A stretch of DNA of 64,000 bases from Phoronis australis (Eukaryota; Animalia; Phoronida). Positions 62,801 to 64,000 of this stretch are shown one piece after another. The DNA is taken from the NCBI GenBank assembly GCA_002633005.1, contig NMRA01000603.1, positions 1 to 64,000 on the forward strand. Reading direction: 5' to 3'. The notes under the pieces were generated by a model. That model did not search any database and was not told the origin of the DNA. It was given only the letters and a program-made list of their open reading frames with translations. The translations under genes and the position numbers were made by a program. Every line of letters starts with the position of its first letter. Position 1 is the first letter of the stretch.

Positions 62801-64000
62801 TACAATTTACTTATTGGAATCTGTGCTACGTATTAAACTAAGCAATCAGGGTGTAGACAGGACTGGCTTATTTGTAAACAATAGGGCCAGGTGTGTAGGA
62901 CCGAGTGTTAGGCTAGTACTGGTATGCAGATTACAATGGCTAATAAGAGAGTGCACTATAGCAACTGGAATCTATAGAAAAAATAACATAAACAAATGTA
63001 AAGAAATGAGAACAAGGTAACGAAGACATGGCTGCAGAATGCAGTCTCCACCTCTTAATACGTGTATATAACTTAAATGGTAATTTAAAACAATGGCTTG
63101 ACATTATTTCATTTGCATACACCATTCGAAAAATTCTGGATCAGCCACAGACATTGAAAATCCCAGAATACCAATTCAATCCGACAGCCTTTGGCTTCTT
63201 ACAGTAAATCTACCTTAAAAAGAACAAAAACAACATTGAAGACACCATGGTAAATTCGTTTATTTTTTCACAGTGAAACAATGTTTGTGTGACTTTCGAC
63301 GTGGTACAAGTACCGATAACGTAAACACGGTATACTTTATTTACACAGCCAACAGTATCATGCGAGCGTAAGTGATGATAAAAAATATTTACGTTTTTCT
63401 TCACCAGGTCCAGAGCCCGACACGAATGTCGCACGGCTCAACGAGCTGGTCAAACTCAGACGACCATCCAGGAAAACCGACGTGAATTCCTCCGTCATTT
63501 ACTCCCCGCAAAGTTGCCTCCGCCCTATGGCGGTTCTCGTCAACTGCCGGCATTTTCTGTCCATCTTTCATTTTGAAACGGCTATGCTTAAGTTGAGAGC
63601 AAAAACAACTACAAAGACATCTTCACGTGTTGTACCGGACTTACTACACACTACATTGCGCGAGTTAGGTCCTTGTAGATTTTACAAGGCATGCGTGCAA
63701 CTAGGGGCTCGAAGTGAGCAAAAAGGTTCGCCTTTGAGACAAAAAGTCCGAGAAAGAGGGACAAAAATCCACTAAACAAACACAAACGCAAAATTTACAG
63801 CGGTCCTCTTGTTTTTTTTTCCAGCGCTCTTTTGTTATCAGGCGGTCCACAACGTCGGGAATTCGCCACAAGTTTATAAACTATTCCTTTGTCATGGTAG
63901 AGTGCAACCTTTAAGTCCATTTGACAATTTAGGGCGTTTTCTTGAAACCATCATCATTGTGTTCGATCCTAGACTATGTTTCATCTATATATATGTTCAG

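Noticed and set aside
60000-64000. Short ORFs and possible splice sites near the window end
   Set aside because: No recognisable motifs or consistent exon chain

Overview
Eukaryotic (invertebrate animal-like, AT-rich) genomic DNA with GT-AG introns and one assembly gap (51281-51947). There are two host genes. The first is a complete 12-exon crossveinless-2/BMPER gene on + (10019-17995, 609 aa: signal peptide, 5 VWC, VWD with GDPH, C8, no TIL). The second is an MFSD4-like MFS transporter on - (35772-37933; first exon not located). A decayed DNA-level copy of BMPER exons 10-11 lies about 39 kb downstream. The rest is a dense, nested transposon landscape: a 6.9-kb Ginger-like TIR element encoding DDE integrase + OTU deubiquitinase + F-box-like domains, with an internally flipped TIR segment; Academ remnants carrying four levels of nesting down to a 52-bp hairpin element with its own 9-bp TSD; Kolobok and ISL2EU-like THAP elements; a Helentron-type non-autonomous element; two solo LTRs; LINE and Penelope fragments; and several MITE families. 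Two unrelated short elements share an unexplained direct-repeat plus terminal-hairpin design. TACATGTA-type excision footprints are pervasive and can be shown by comparing copies within the window. All family assignments come from motif recognition by eye, not database searches.
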